From: Desulfurococcales archaeon
Lineage (GTDB): Archaea > Thermoproteota > Thermoprotei_A > Sulfolobales > NBVN01
Length of the DNA: 36,768 nt
Direction of reading: 5' to 3'
Assembly (NCBI GenBank): GCA_021158735.1
Contig: JAGGUC010000048.1
Span: forward strand, 1 to 36,768
Positions 1 to 8,610 of the stretch are shown piece after piece. The translations under genes and the position numbers were made by a program. The notes under the pieces were generated by a model. It saw only the letters and a list, made by a program, of their open reading frames with translations, searched no databases and had not been told where the DNA came from. Positions within the stretch are counted from its first letter, which is position 1. The number at the start of each line of letters is the position of its first letter.

Positions 1-316
1 ACCCATACCAGCCATATACATGCCTCAGTATGCCGTAGGTAGATTGCTTAGTTGAACCGCCCACATAGGCACAGAGCGCACCTATAATGGCCTCAATGAT
101 ACAGCCTATAACGGCTGCGTATATGACGTTCATGAGTCCTCCTTGAGTAGCTAGACCGCCTCCGACCCACAGAACAGCTATACATGATAGAACTCCCGTA
201 TACACTAGGAATATGTTCATTATGGTCCTACGTTCCCACGGAGGCACTGGCACTAACACGTAGTCGCCTCTGATGTCCTTCCAGGGGTAAGCCTCAGTAG
301 ACTCTTCACGGGACAT
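1..316 (-). CDS. Partial (N-terminal part) integral membrane transporter, NCS1 / purine-cytosine permease-like; continues past the window start
   Basis: Open minus-strand frame from ATG at 316-314 to the window edge. It is absent from the ORF track because there is no stop in the window. Translation: MSREESTEAYPWKDIRGDYVLVPVPPWERRTIMNIFLVYTGVLSCIAVLWVGGGLATQGG...STYGILRHVYGWYG. A cytosolic head with a P..ER motif followed by TM helices resembles NCS1 permease N-termini. TATA-like GTTTTTTAAG (minus, 348-357) lies about 35 nt upstream. Confidence 0.45.
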   Translation of the reverse strand, partial: MSREESTEAYPWKDIRGDYVLVPVPPWERRTIMNIFLVYTGVLSCIAVLWVGGGLATQGGLMNVIYAAVIGCIIEAIIGALCAYVGGSTKQSTYGILRHVYGWYG

Positions 317-410
317 TAGAAATACCCCCTTTAATTTCATAAGGTGTACTTAAAAAACATTTTTCTCAAGACCTATAAAAAACTTTTTGATTCATAGTAG
401 ATCCCGGGTG

Positions 411-950
411 CTACTGCTTAGATTTTTTCAGTTCTGTTTTTATATAACGAATTTTTTCTTCTGGTTCCCTAACCCCCTTAATAACCAGTACTGTCCTGTC
501 ATCATCCACCTTAAATACCTCTATGTCACCAACTGGCTGCCCTAGCGAGAATATGTATGCTTTAGCTTCCGTAGACCTGAAATCTACGGTATCGTCAAGT
601 TTAAGCCTTCGGGCAATTCTTCTATGCTTAACAACCACAATCTCCTTATTAGTTATAATGTAGTTTTCAGATAAAATTACAAATAATGTAATAGGTATTA
701 CCACACCTAATATTACGAGGGTATAACCTGCTGGATGTATTTCCTGTGTTATATAGAACCCAAATAGTAGGGCATTCCACATTATTAATAGTGAAACGAT
801 CCACAACCACCTAGGCACGTAATTGTGCTTGAATATGACTTTAGTACCCCTTACCCTAATCCTCACCGTCAAATCCTGAGAACCCCCCACTTGGTTTTCT
901 ATTGAATTTAACCTTATAAGTAGCTTATTAAGTAAAAAACTTATTAGCAA
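411..950 (-). CDS. Small membrane protein with two TM helices followed by a PH-like (bPH_2 / DUF304-type) beta domain; hypothetical
   Basis: 179-aa ORF. Two hydrophobic helices (WLWIVSLLIMWNALLFGFYI, YTLVILGVVIPITLFVILS) are followed by a soluble beta-rich tail. The architecture is typical of membrane-flanked bacterial PH domains. The TTG start is uncertain. Confidence 0.5.
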   Translation of the reverse strand: MLISFLLNKLLIRLNSIENQVGGSQDLTVRIRVRGTKVIFKHNYVPRWLWIVSLLIMWNALLFGFYITQEIHPAGYTLVILGVVIPITLFVILSENYIITNKEIVVVKHRRIARRLKLDDTVDFRSTEAKAYIFSLGQPVGDIEVFKVDDDRTVLVIKGVREPEEKIRYIKTELKKSKQ

Positions 951-1007
951 ATTAGAGTTTAAGATACCGATATATTTTCTTGAAACAATGTAAATATGTG
1001 AGCTAAG

Positions 1008-1658
1008 TTGATCGTTCAGCTCCCGCCGCCAATTAGCGAGGCACTACTCAACTACGTTAAAGAAGTAAGAAATATCATGAGGTACTTGAGGCGTGGTATT
1101 AAGCTACTTAATGACGTCCAGGTAGGTGAGGCGATGGAGGAGCTGTCATGTGCTATTAGAGCTGATACAAAAGCAGACAGCTTAAGGCGGGAACTACTCT
1201 TCAAGCTAGAGGAGGTCATTAGCAATAGCGCAACACGTGAGGCAATAGTGCACATCTTAAGGAGGCTTGACCTAGTTTCCGAGATGGCTAAGGAAGCCTC
1301 AAGATACCTCTCAATAATTCCCTACTTAGAAATTCCGGATGACATTAAGTCACGCATTGAGATGTTGAGTAAGCTAGGTCTTGAAGCATGCGATATACTG
1401 GTGAGTGCTGTTGCGGCCATACTAGAGGGGGAGGGAAGAAAAGCAATAGAGTACTCACTTAAAGTTGAGGAGGTGGAGGAGAGCGCAGATAACATTACGC
1501 TTGAGGCTAGGAGGATCTTAGTTGATGTAGGTGAGAAAATAAGTAACCCTGCACTCGTTTTAATGATATCTAACTTCATTGAGTCACTGGAGAGTGTGAC
1601 AGATTATGCGGAAGATGCCGCGGACTACATAAGAGCTATAGCACTGCGCACTAGCTGA
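1008..1658 (+). CDS. DUF47 / PhoU-like phosphate transport regulator (PiT accessory protein family)
   Basis: 216-aa all-helical ORF with the length and helical-repeat pattern of the TIGR00153/DUF47 family. It sits directly next to a PiT transporter gene. The start is uncertain: TTG at 1008, or ATG at 1080. Confidence 0.7.
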   Translation: MIVQLPPPISEALLNYVKEVRNIMRYLRRGIKLLNDVQVGEAMEELSCAIRADTKADSLRRELLFKLEEVISNSATREAIVHILRRLDLVSEMAKEASRYLSIIPYLEIPDDIKSRIEMLSKLGLEACDILVSAVAAILEGEGRKAIEYSLKVEEVEESADNITLEARRILVDVGEKISNPALVLMISNFIESLESVTDYAEDAADYIRAIALRTS

Positions 1659-1660
1659 GT

Positions 1661-2887
1661 TTATAGTGCGAGATTAATAAATAACATATACAGCAGTGCG
1701 GAAGTAGTCATAACAGCTGGGAGTCCGGCCACCCACATAACAACTATTTTTATAATAGTCTTCACGTTAATTGCCTTAATACCCCTAGCTAACCCAACCC
1801 CGGCTATCGACCCCACAACTGCTATGGTAGTTGAAACCGGGAGACCTAATCTAGTAATTACAAGAACCGCTATAGACGCCGCTAACTGAGCGCAGTAAGC
1901 TGAGGTATACGTAAGTATTGTTATTCCAGCTCCAATAACCTCAACAACCCTAGACCCCCACATGATTATTCCTATAGACATCCCCATCGCTGCAATAACT
2001 AAGGCTACCCCGGAAACATTTATGACAGGAGGTAGCCCGCCGGGTGATGTAAGAGCAAGTATTACAGCCGAGAGAGGACCAGCTGAATTAGCTACATCAT
2101 GCGCACCGTGACTAAACGCCATAGCTGAGGCAGATGTGAGTAAAAGCAATTTAATGTAGAGTTCCTTTTTCGGTACATCCCTAAATTTACTTAGATACAG
2201 CTTATCAAAAACAATGACTAAAGGTATGGAAAGTACTGCAATTGCAAGAGACATGTAAACTGAGTAGACAACATTCGAAATACTGGGTACGGAAATCAGA
2301 AGTAAAAGGGATGACGAAAACACCATAATGAATACTGATGTAATTAATACGTATGGGAGGCTCTTTTCACTCTGTAGTGCCTTCCCATATATCTTATATA
2401 GCGCAAAAGCTAAGGCAGCACTAACAGCAGGGAGGTACCCCCATGCTGCAGCTATGAAACTCAGGGTACTCCAATTAATGTTCTCCAATCCTACCGAAAC
2501 TATCGCAACCCCTATTATACCCCCCACAATGTTTCCTGATATAGACATCGGCACCCTAAGTATCGATGCTATAAGTACCCACAGTCCAGTCGCGATCAGC
2601 ACTGATATCATACCAACGATAATTAAGTGCACGTTCTTAATTTGAGTAATATCTACTATCCCCCTCATAAGCGTCAGCGAAACAAATCTACCAAACAGTA
2701 ATGCCCCAATAAATTCAAATATAGACGCAAGGACTAAAGCTTTCTTAAGGCTTAAAGCCCTCGACCCGACAACAGTACCAATCATGTTAGCTGCATTATT
2801 AGACCCATTATTCCAGGCCACAAAAAAAGCTGCTAGAACAGCAACCACTAGCCAGTAAATACTGGCTATAACAGTAAACCACCCCAA
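1661..2887 (-). CDS. pit: Inorganic phosphate transporter, PiT (PHO4) family
   Basis: 408-aa polytopic membrane ORF carrying both PiT signature repeats: GSNNAANMIGTVVGS near the N-terminus and HGAHDVANSAGPL in the second half. TATA-like TTTTTAATAC (minus) lies about 30 nt upstream of the start. Confidence 0.9.
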   Translation of the reverse strand: MGWFTVIASIYWLVVAVLAAFFVAWNNGSNNAANMIGTVVGSRALSLKKALVLASIFEFIGALLFGRFVSLTLMRGIVDITQIKNVHLIIVGMISVLIATGLWVLIASILRVPMSISGNIVGGIIGVAIVSVGLENINWSTLSFIAAAWGYLPAVSAALAFALYKIYGKALQSEKSLPYVLITSVFIMVFSSSLLLLISVPSISNVVYSVYMSLAIAVLSIPLVIVFDKLYLSKFRDVPKKELYIKLLLLTSASAMAFSHGAHDVANSAGPLSAVILALTSPGGLPPVINVSGVALVIAAMGMSIGIIMWGSRVVEVIGAGITILTYTSAYCAQLAASIAVLVITRLGLPVSTTIAVVGSIAGVGLARGIKAINVKTIIKIVVMWVAGLPAVMTTSALLYMLFINLAL

Positions 2888-2911
2888 GCTAACATTAAGA
2901 GAACTTACAAG

Positions 2912-2920
2912 TATTAAAAA
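2912..2920 (-). promoter_or_regulatory. TATA-box-like element upstream of the PiT gene
   Basis: The minus strand reads TTTTTAATA about 25-33 nt upstream of the start codon at 2887. This spacing is consistent with a leaderless or short-leader archaeal promoter. Confidence 0.3.
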
Positions 2921-2972
2921 GAATTCCCTAAAACATTATATTTATGATAATATATGGTCAGACATTATGGAG

Positions 2973-3023
2973 ATGATGAGTTTTCGGGGAGAATGACATG
3001 TGATGAAGCGGTTACCCACCTGA
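2973..3023 (+). ncRNA. Candidate C/D box sRNA (2'-O-methylation guide)
   Basis: Ordered box pattern in an intergenic region. C box ATGATGA is at 2973-2979, followed by a 13-nt spacer and a D'-like ATGA at 2993-2996. After a 3-nt loop, C' GTGATGA is at 3000-3006, followed by a 13-nt spacer and D box CTGA at 3020-3023. Total length is about 51 nt. The two spacers are equal, but at 13 nt they are one longer than the canonical 12. No clear terminal stem. Confidence 0.35.
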
Positions 3024-3041
3024 TGTATTTGATAAGGGGCA

Positions 3042-4622
3042 CTATATACCTATTTCAGTATAAAAGTCCTCACTTCCGTCATCATCGTACCTGCTATTGA
3101 GCCAAATTTCATGTACTGGAAGATCTCCACCACCCAACTTCCACCCGGCTTTATCTATTTTTACTAAGGCTGGTAGCGGTGTCATGAGCCCTAAAACAAC
3201 TGCCTCACCAGTATTTAATGAAGGTAGCAGCTCCAGTAACTCATCTGACAACGTCTCACTAGCTGATTGAACATACTTCTGGTCTCCGGGCTCAACTAAT
3301 TTGAGGATTATCTTGTTGTTTGTTTGCGACAAAGCATTATCGTCAATGTTTTTAGGTCTTTGACTAACTAAACATAAGCCTACTCCGAACTTCCTGCCCT
3401 CTCTTGCTATCCTAGCTACAACCTCCTTAGTTAGTGTCACCCTCTTCCTAGGTATCAATACATGCGCCTCCTCAATAACAAGTAGTACTGGAACTGGATA
3501 CCCGTGTGAGCCAGCTCTATCTCTTTTTCTTTCATCGAGAAGTCTCCTGAGGTAATGTGAGGTAATGACGTCCGCCACCTCCTCGTCAACTTCCCCTAGC
3601 TGAAAAATGTTAGCGTGCCCTACCTTAATTATTGAAGTGAGTTTTAGAGGAGCCTCAGGTGAGAGGACCCTGCCACCATACCTGTCTCGTAAATCGTACA
3701 GCTTAAGTAGTAAGTCAGCTATAGAACCCCTATCATTTGAGGGTATCTTCTTACTCTTGTCCCTCCGTTCACTCAGCTGCAGGTACTCCTCAACTTTATT
3801 AATGAGCATGTCAAGGAACTGCTCGGTCTTCTTAGTAGCGGATTTCGACCTAATCTCACTATACGCTTTCCTGAGGTATAGTCTCTGCTTACTGGCTTTA
3901 GGCTCAAGTCCGAGTAGTCTGTAGTACTCACCCAGCGTCAGGTCGGCGGGATTAACCGTGGGCCTTACTCTATTTACTCTGGAAGCCACACTGCCGTACT
4001 CTGAGTGCATGTCTATTATTAAGACCGTACCATTCAACTCATCCACGATTCTCTTAACTAGTACGGCAACAGCATTACTCTTTCCAGCACCTGTAATGGC
4101 CAGAATGGCTAAGTGCCTATTCACCATAGCCTTAACGTTTACGTAGACCGGGACGTTAGGATGATTAACCAGGTTTCCGAGCCTTACCCAACCATCGGTG
4201 CTTCTCTTAACGAAAACAGCCCTCAATACATCATCGGATGCCTCTAAAACCTTAGCAGCAGGTCTAGGAGGGTACTTAGGTGTCTCAGCTTTCCCTTCCT
4301 TAATTAACTTAGACAGCTTAGCAAGCAACCTAGCGTACCCCACCATGTAGTCATGCCTCCCAACTCCGAAAGCCTCCGCCTTAGCGATAGTATCCACTTG
4401 AGCAGTGCTGCTCGAGACTAGTGGATTACCTATTTTTGAGAGTTCGACAATACCTAACACATACTCACCATCATGATACTCAACAATAATGTACTCACCG
4501 ACTCTTGGAGGCCTTACCGCAGTGAAGTAAATACCTGTATGAGATGTTTCACCAATCACTCTACCTATTTCATTAAGTTTTAGCTCATTAAGGTCCTTAC
4601 CGACACCCTTACTTTCCATCAT
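3042..4622 (-). CDS. herA: HerA DNA translocase/helicase (FtsK-HerA superfamily ATPase)
   Basis: 526 aa. Walker A is ILAITGAGKSNAV and Walker B is LLVIEEAHVLIP, with an N-terminal HAS-barrel-like region. It is the last gene of the mre11-rad50-nurA-herA operon, and its ATG shares one base with the nurA TAA stop (TAATG). Confidence 0.9.
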   Translation of the reverse strand: MMESKGVGKDLNELKLNEIGRVIGETSHTGIYFTAVRPPRVGEYIIVEYHDGEYVLGIVELSKIGNPLVSSSTAQVDTIAKAEAFGVGRHDYMVGYARLLAKLSKLIKEGKAETPKYPPRPAAKVLEASDDVLRAVFVKRSTDGWVRLGNLVNHPNVPVYVNVKAMVNRHLAILAITGAGKSNAVAVLVKRIVDELNGTVLIIDMHSEYGSVASRVNRVRPTVNPADLTLGEYYRLLGLEPKASKQRLYLRKAYSEIRSKSATKKTEQFLDMLINKVEEYLQLSERRDKSKKIPSNDRGSIADLLLKLYDLRDRYGGRVLSPEAPLKLTSIIKVGHANIFQLGEVDEEVADVITSHYLRRLLDERKRDRAGSHGYPVPVLLVIEEAHVLIPRKRVTLTKEVVARIAREGRKFGVGLCLVSQRPKNIDDNALSQTNNKIILKLVEPGDQKYVQSASETLSDELLELLPSLNTGEAVVLGLMTPLPALVKIDKAGWKLGGGDLPVHEIWLNSRYDDDGSEDFYTEIGI

Positions 4623-5797
4623 TAGTATTCACCCAGTACTTCACGACCAGTTAATAAATGTGTAATACCTAGTGCATTAACTATATTGATAAATGCCTCC
4701 CTACTCAAGTATGTAATGTGGTGTGCCTCATAAAGCGGGTAAGGGTACCCATCACCAGATACGGACTTCAAGATATCAACCACATCCCTAACAACAGACT
4801 CTAGCGTGTTAGTAGCTGAACTACCAATAATGTAAGGTATCTCAACTTTAAACACATGTTCCCCTGTACCCAGTCTCACATAAGTTAATAAGATCCTTAA
4901 TTTGTCATAAAACTCCCTGAGTCCAAGCACTTTAGGCATCTCCTTAATAGGTTTATCCTCCAAGTAAGGCTTTGAAAAACCTGATTCCCTAGTCAGGTAC
5001 TGAAATAACATAATGTCCGTGACCGGGGTCTTACCCTTGAAGAAACGTTTGACGTAGGTCTGCGACCTACTAGTTTTTGAGATAAATAGTACAGGAATAT
5101 TGTTTAAGTATGCATCACTAATTAACCTTCTAATAACCGCTAACTTTTCTATGTACTCGAGAGCTGTGATCATCTGTGACTTACTCTCGTCAATATCATA
5201 AACTACCGGTTCAGTGACCTCCTTAGTAACAATAGGGCAGTTCCTCACAGCATCAATAGATCTTAAAGTCCTAGTTAACCTGGCCTCTATGTTACTGAAG
5301 ACCTCATCTCCGAACTCACGGGACACCCTGGCCAGAATAGTTGAAAGCAGTATATTGTTGAGCGGTGAAGGTGTTATCAGCATAGACCTTAGCGACCCGT
5401 CCATAAGCACGTACTCAACGTCACTCAGCATCGACTGTATAGCTACCTTAACCTCAAGCACTTCACGGTACAGGCCCACTCTCTCAGCTACTTGAGGAGG
5501 GGACAGTACATCAATATCAGCTACAGATAAAGTTACAGCACTCTCATATTTCCCGTTAGCTAGCCCACGAAATAGTACAGCAGCTGCTGCAACCCCATAA
5601 ATAGTAAATCCCTGAAAATCCACCTTAATATTGCTGCCGTCAACACCTGCTACTGACTCGGGCGCTGCGGGGGATGGTTCATAAGAAATCCAGAATCTCC
5701 TGACATCATTAAGGTGCTCACACCGGCTAAAAATTTCTATTTTTCTGATTATCTCATCTTTCTTTCTTGTTGCAGCAGCGATTAACTCAGAGCTCAA
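4622..5797 (-). CDS. nurA: NurA 5'-3' nuclease
   Basis: 391 aa. It has the NurA-type catalytic motif VAGVDGSN near the N-terminus and lies between rad50 and herA, as in thermophilic archaea. Its start overlaps the rad50 stop by 11 nt. Confidence 0.85.
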   Translation of the reverse strand: MSSELIAAATRKKDEIIRKIEIFSRCEHLNDVRRFWISYEPSPAAPESVAGVDGSNIKVDFQGFTIYGVAAAAVLFRGLANGKYESAVTLSVADIDVLSPPQVAERVGLYREVLEVKVAIQSMLSDVEYVLMDGSLRSMLITPSPLNNILLSTILARVSREFGDEVFSNIEARLTRTLRSIDAVRNCPIVTKEVTEPVVYDIDESKSQMITALEYIEKLAVIRRLISDAYLNNIPVLFISKTSRSQTYVKRFFKGKTPVTDIMLFQYLTRESGFSKPYLEDKPIKEMPKVLGLREFYDKLRILLTYVRLGTGEHVFKVEIPYIIGSSATNTLESVVRDVVDILKSVSGDGYPYPLYEAHHITYLSREAFINIVNALGITHLLTGREVLGEY

Positions 5798-8603
5798 TAC
5801 TACTCACCTCCCTAACCTTAGAGAAAGTATTCTTACTAACCTCGTACACAAGGTCCGCTGCCTCCTTAACTTCGTCATGGTGTGTAACAACTATGAGTTG
5901 CGGTATGACCCCACCACCCCTGAACTCCTTAAGCACATCTATGAGCTGCCTCCTCTTATCCTCATCTAAGTGGATTGTTGGTTCATCCAGAATCAAGAAG
6001 CCCAGCCTGCCTCCAGAAACAATATTATGGAGTGCCAACAGTGCAGCTATAGCTGTCACAACGACTTCGCCACCACTTAATCTATTGATGTCCGCTTCGA
6101 GGTAGGGTGACACAAGCGTTATGTTGAATTTCTCATCCACCCTAACATCGCTGTAGCTGATATTAAATAGTTCTATGTACTTCTTCATAAGAGCCTCAAT
6201 CTTAGCTAGTGAAACCTTCCTGATTATTGCTGGTGCCTTATCTCTATGCAGGATCTCCTCCCTAACCCACCTAAGCACGGAGAGCTTGTACCAAGTTGTT
6301 CTCAGTACTTCAGCATCCTCCCTTAAGGCCCTGACCTCATCACTGATCTCTGAGAACCTCACCTCAACCTCTGAGAGCTTACTCCTTAACTCACCCTCCT
6401 TCCTAACTAAGTCTTCTAAATCCTGCCTCAACATACTCAATTTGGCATCAATTCCCTTCAATTCCCTTACATTAGGTAGTAACTTACTTTTCTTCTTCTC
6501 TAAGAAAGAGACCCTACTCAAGTAATTCTTCACCTCCTCCTCAAGCCTCTCTAACTCCGCGGCTGACTGCTTCAATCTGCCGATTGCCTCACGCAACTCC
6601 TTAGCCCGCTCCGATGCTTCCTCTGCCATACTCATGGCTTCCCTAATATCAAAGCCCTCGCCAAAGAACATACTTAATTCGCGCCTGAGTTCCTTATGTC
6701 TCGCTAATAAGTCTTCTACTTCTTCTTCAAGCTTCCTAACCTCCTTGCGCAGACCGCTGACCTGCTCATCTTTAACTCCTTGAGCTATTATGGCCTCCAT
6801 CCTAGCCTTATCCATCTCGACGTGCATAAGTTCATTCTCTTCCTTTTCTAGTCTATTAATTTCATTTTTAAGAACGGTAATTCTGTCTTCAACAGAACGT
6901 ACTTCATCACTAATCTTTACTAACTTCTCCTTAAGCTCTCTTAACTCATCTTCTCTTAACTTAGCTGACTCGAGCTTCACTATTAAGTCCTCTAACTTCT
7001 TTAGTTCATCTTCCATCCTGGATGCTTTCTTACTTAATTCTTCAGCTTCACTCTCTAATCGCTCAGCCCTCTCTTTCCTGATCCTGACGTCGTTGTCTAA
7101 CTTCCCTATAAGGAACTCCCTACGCCCCTGAGTCAGTGACTGCCCGCACAGAGGGCACCTGCCTTGAAAACCCCTCATAAGTACCCTCAGCTTCTCATTA
7201 GCCTCCGCGGCTCTCCCCTTCTCTATCGATGCCTGAGAAAGCTTTTCTTGAATCACTATCTGTAGCTCCCTGATTGACTCCCTTAACTCACCAGCTCTAC
7301 GCTTCGCGACTGGCAGGGAATCAGCTACACTGCTAAACCTAGAGCCAAGAAGAACCGATATCTCATTAAGTACGGTACCTACTTCATCAAGTAGCCTGCC
7401 TATAAGTTTATTCAGATTCGCTTGGTCTGATTTAAGCCTACCCAAGTTCTCAGTGAGTTTAGATAGTTCTTCCCTAGCCTTACTGAGCTTACTACGGACT
7501 AGTTCTAACCTCCTAATCCTCTCCTCAATACCTTCAGGGTACTTGCCGAGTATTGACTTAAGCTCCGTCAGCAGCTCCTCGGCTCTCTCTAGCTCACCTT
7601 TCTTAGAGTCAAGCACTGTCTTCTTGCTATGAAGGTTTTCATCAATAAGAAGAAGCTCACGTAACTTTTGTTGCTGCCTCGACAACTCACTTAATTTTCC
7701 GACCTCAACCTCGAGTTCCTTTAGTTTTGCTGCCTCCCTACTCAGCTCACTTATTCTCTTCCTCCTAGCATCAACTTCACTCATAATATTCCTGAGTTCC
7801 TCTTCAATACCTATAAGTTCGTGCTTCTTGGCTTCCAGCTCCTTCTTTTTCTCCTCGAGTACCTCTATGTCACTCCGCAACTTACTTACCTTACTACTTA
7901 CTTCCTGAAACTCCTTCCTCAACCTACTCTGCACATCAGCTAACCTGATGAGGTCCTGCTCCTTACTTCTGATATCGGCTATTACCCTACTGTAGAATTC
8001 CTTCAGATTGTCTAGACTCTGCTTTGTTGGCTGGTAGGTCTGAGGAGGTACCTTCTTAGTTTTAACACTTACCTTATAGTCCTTGAGCCTCTCCCATGCT
8101 GCCTCAAAAGTGTTTAGGTTGAGGAGTTCATCAAGGATTTCTAGCCTGCTTGCAGGCTTAAGTGTTATGAGCTCTGTTAGCGCACCCTGAGGTATTATAG
8201 CCACCGTCTGAAGCGACTCCGCCTTAAGCCCTAGCAACCCTTCAATTTCCTTATTAACGTTGCTCACCCGCAGCATTGTCTTACCGTCCAACCTGAGCAC
8301 AGCATCATGCTTACCGCTCCTTGAGACCCTTCTTTCAATAATTACTTCCCTTCCACCGACATCAAGCCAGAGCTTAACGACTGCTTCAGCTCCTCTGGGG
8401 GTTGCTGCATTAACTAAACCCTCCAGGCGCCCCCTGCGAGCCTTACCAGTGAGGGCGAAGTATATAGCATCTAAGATACTTGACTTGCCAGCGCCATTAG
8501 GCCCCACAAGTGCCGTTACCCCCCTCTCGAAGACAATCTCACTCTCCCTATGTGATATAAAGTTTTTAAGGTAGACCTTCTTAATTATTACGCTCCCTAA
8601 CAC
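5787..8603 (-). CDS. rad50: Rad50 SMC-like ATPase
   Basis: 938 aa. Motifs found: Walker A GPNGAGKSS, a long E/K/L-rich coiled coil, zinc hook CPLC (about 7143-7160), ABC signature LSGGE, Walker B FLILDEPT and H-loop VVTHH. GAGGTGA Shine-Dalgarno within the end of mre11 lies about 8 nt upstream of the GTG start. Confidence 0.95.
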   Translation of the reverse strand: MLGSVIIKKVYLKNFISHRESEIVFERGVTALVGPNGAGKSSILDAIYFALTGKARRGRLEGLVNAATPRGAEAVVKLWLDVGGREVIIERRVSRSGKHDAVLRLDGKTMLRVSNVNKEIEGLLGLKAESLQTVAIIPQGALTELITLKPASRLEILDELLNLNTFEAAWERLKDYKVSVKTKKVPPQTYQPTKQSLDNLKEFYSRVIADIRSKEQDLIRLADVQSRLRKEFQEVSSKVSKLRSDIEVLEEKKKELEAKKHELIGIEEELRNIMSEVDARRKRISELSREAAKLKELEVEVGKLSELSRQQQKLRELLLIDENLHSKKTVLDSKKGELERAEELLTELKSILGKYPEGIEERIRRLELVRSKLSKAREELSKLTENLGRLKSDQANLNKLIGRLLDEVGTVLNEISVLLGSRFSSVADSLPVAKRRAGELRESIRELQIVIQEKLSQASIEKGRAAEANEKLRVLMRGFQGRCPLCGQSLTQGRREFLIGKLDNDVRIRKERAERLESEAEELSKKASRMEDELKKLEDLIVKLESAKLREDELRELKEKLVKISDEVRSVEDRITVLKNEINRLEKEENELMHVEMDKARMEAIIAQGVKDEQVSGLRKEVRKLEEEVEDLLARHKELRRELSMFFGEGFDIREAMSMAEEASERAKELREAIGRLKQSAAELERLEEEVKNYLSRVSFLEKKKSKLLPNVRELKGIDAKLSMLRQDLEDLVRKEGELRSKLSEVEVRFSEISDEVRALREDAEVLRTTWYKLSVLRWVREEILHRDKAPAIIRKVSLAKIEALMKKYIELFNISYSDVRVDEKFNITLVSPYLEADINRLSGGEVVVTAIAALLALHNIVSGGRLGFLILDEPTIHLDEDKRRQLIDVLKEFRGGGVIPQLIVVTHHDEVKEAADLVYEVSKNTFSKVREVSSIEL

Positions 8604-8610
8604 ACCGAGG

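Noticed and set aside
5767-8574. Several plus-strand ORFs of 100-116 aa inside rad50 (5767..6105, 6175..6525, 6790..7131, 8260..8574)
   Set aside because: They are Ser/Leu/Thr-rich translations of the antisense strand of an E/K/L-rich coiled-coil gene, have no motifs, and are fully contained in a confidently identified CDS.
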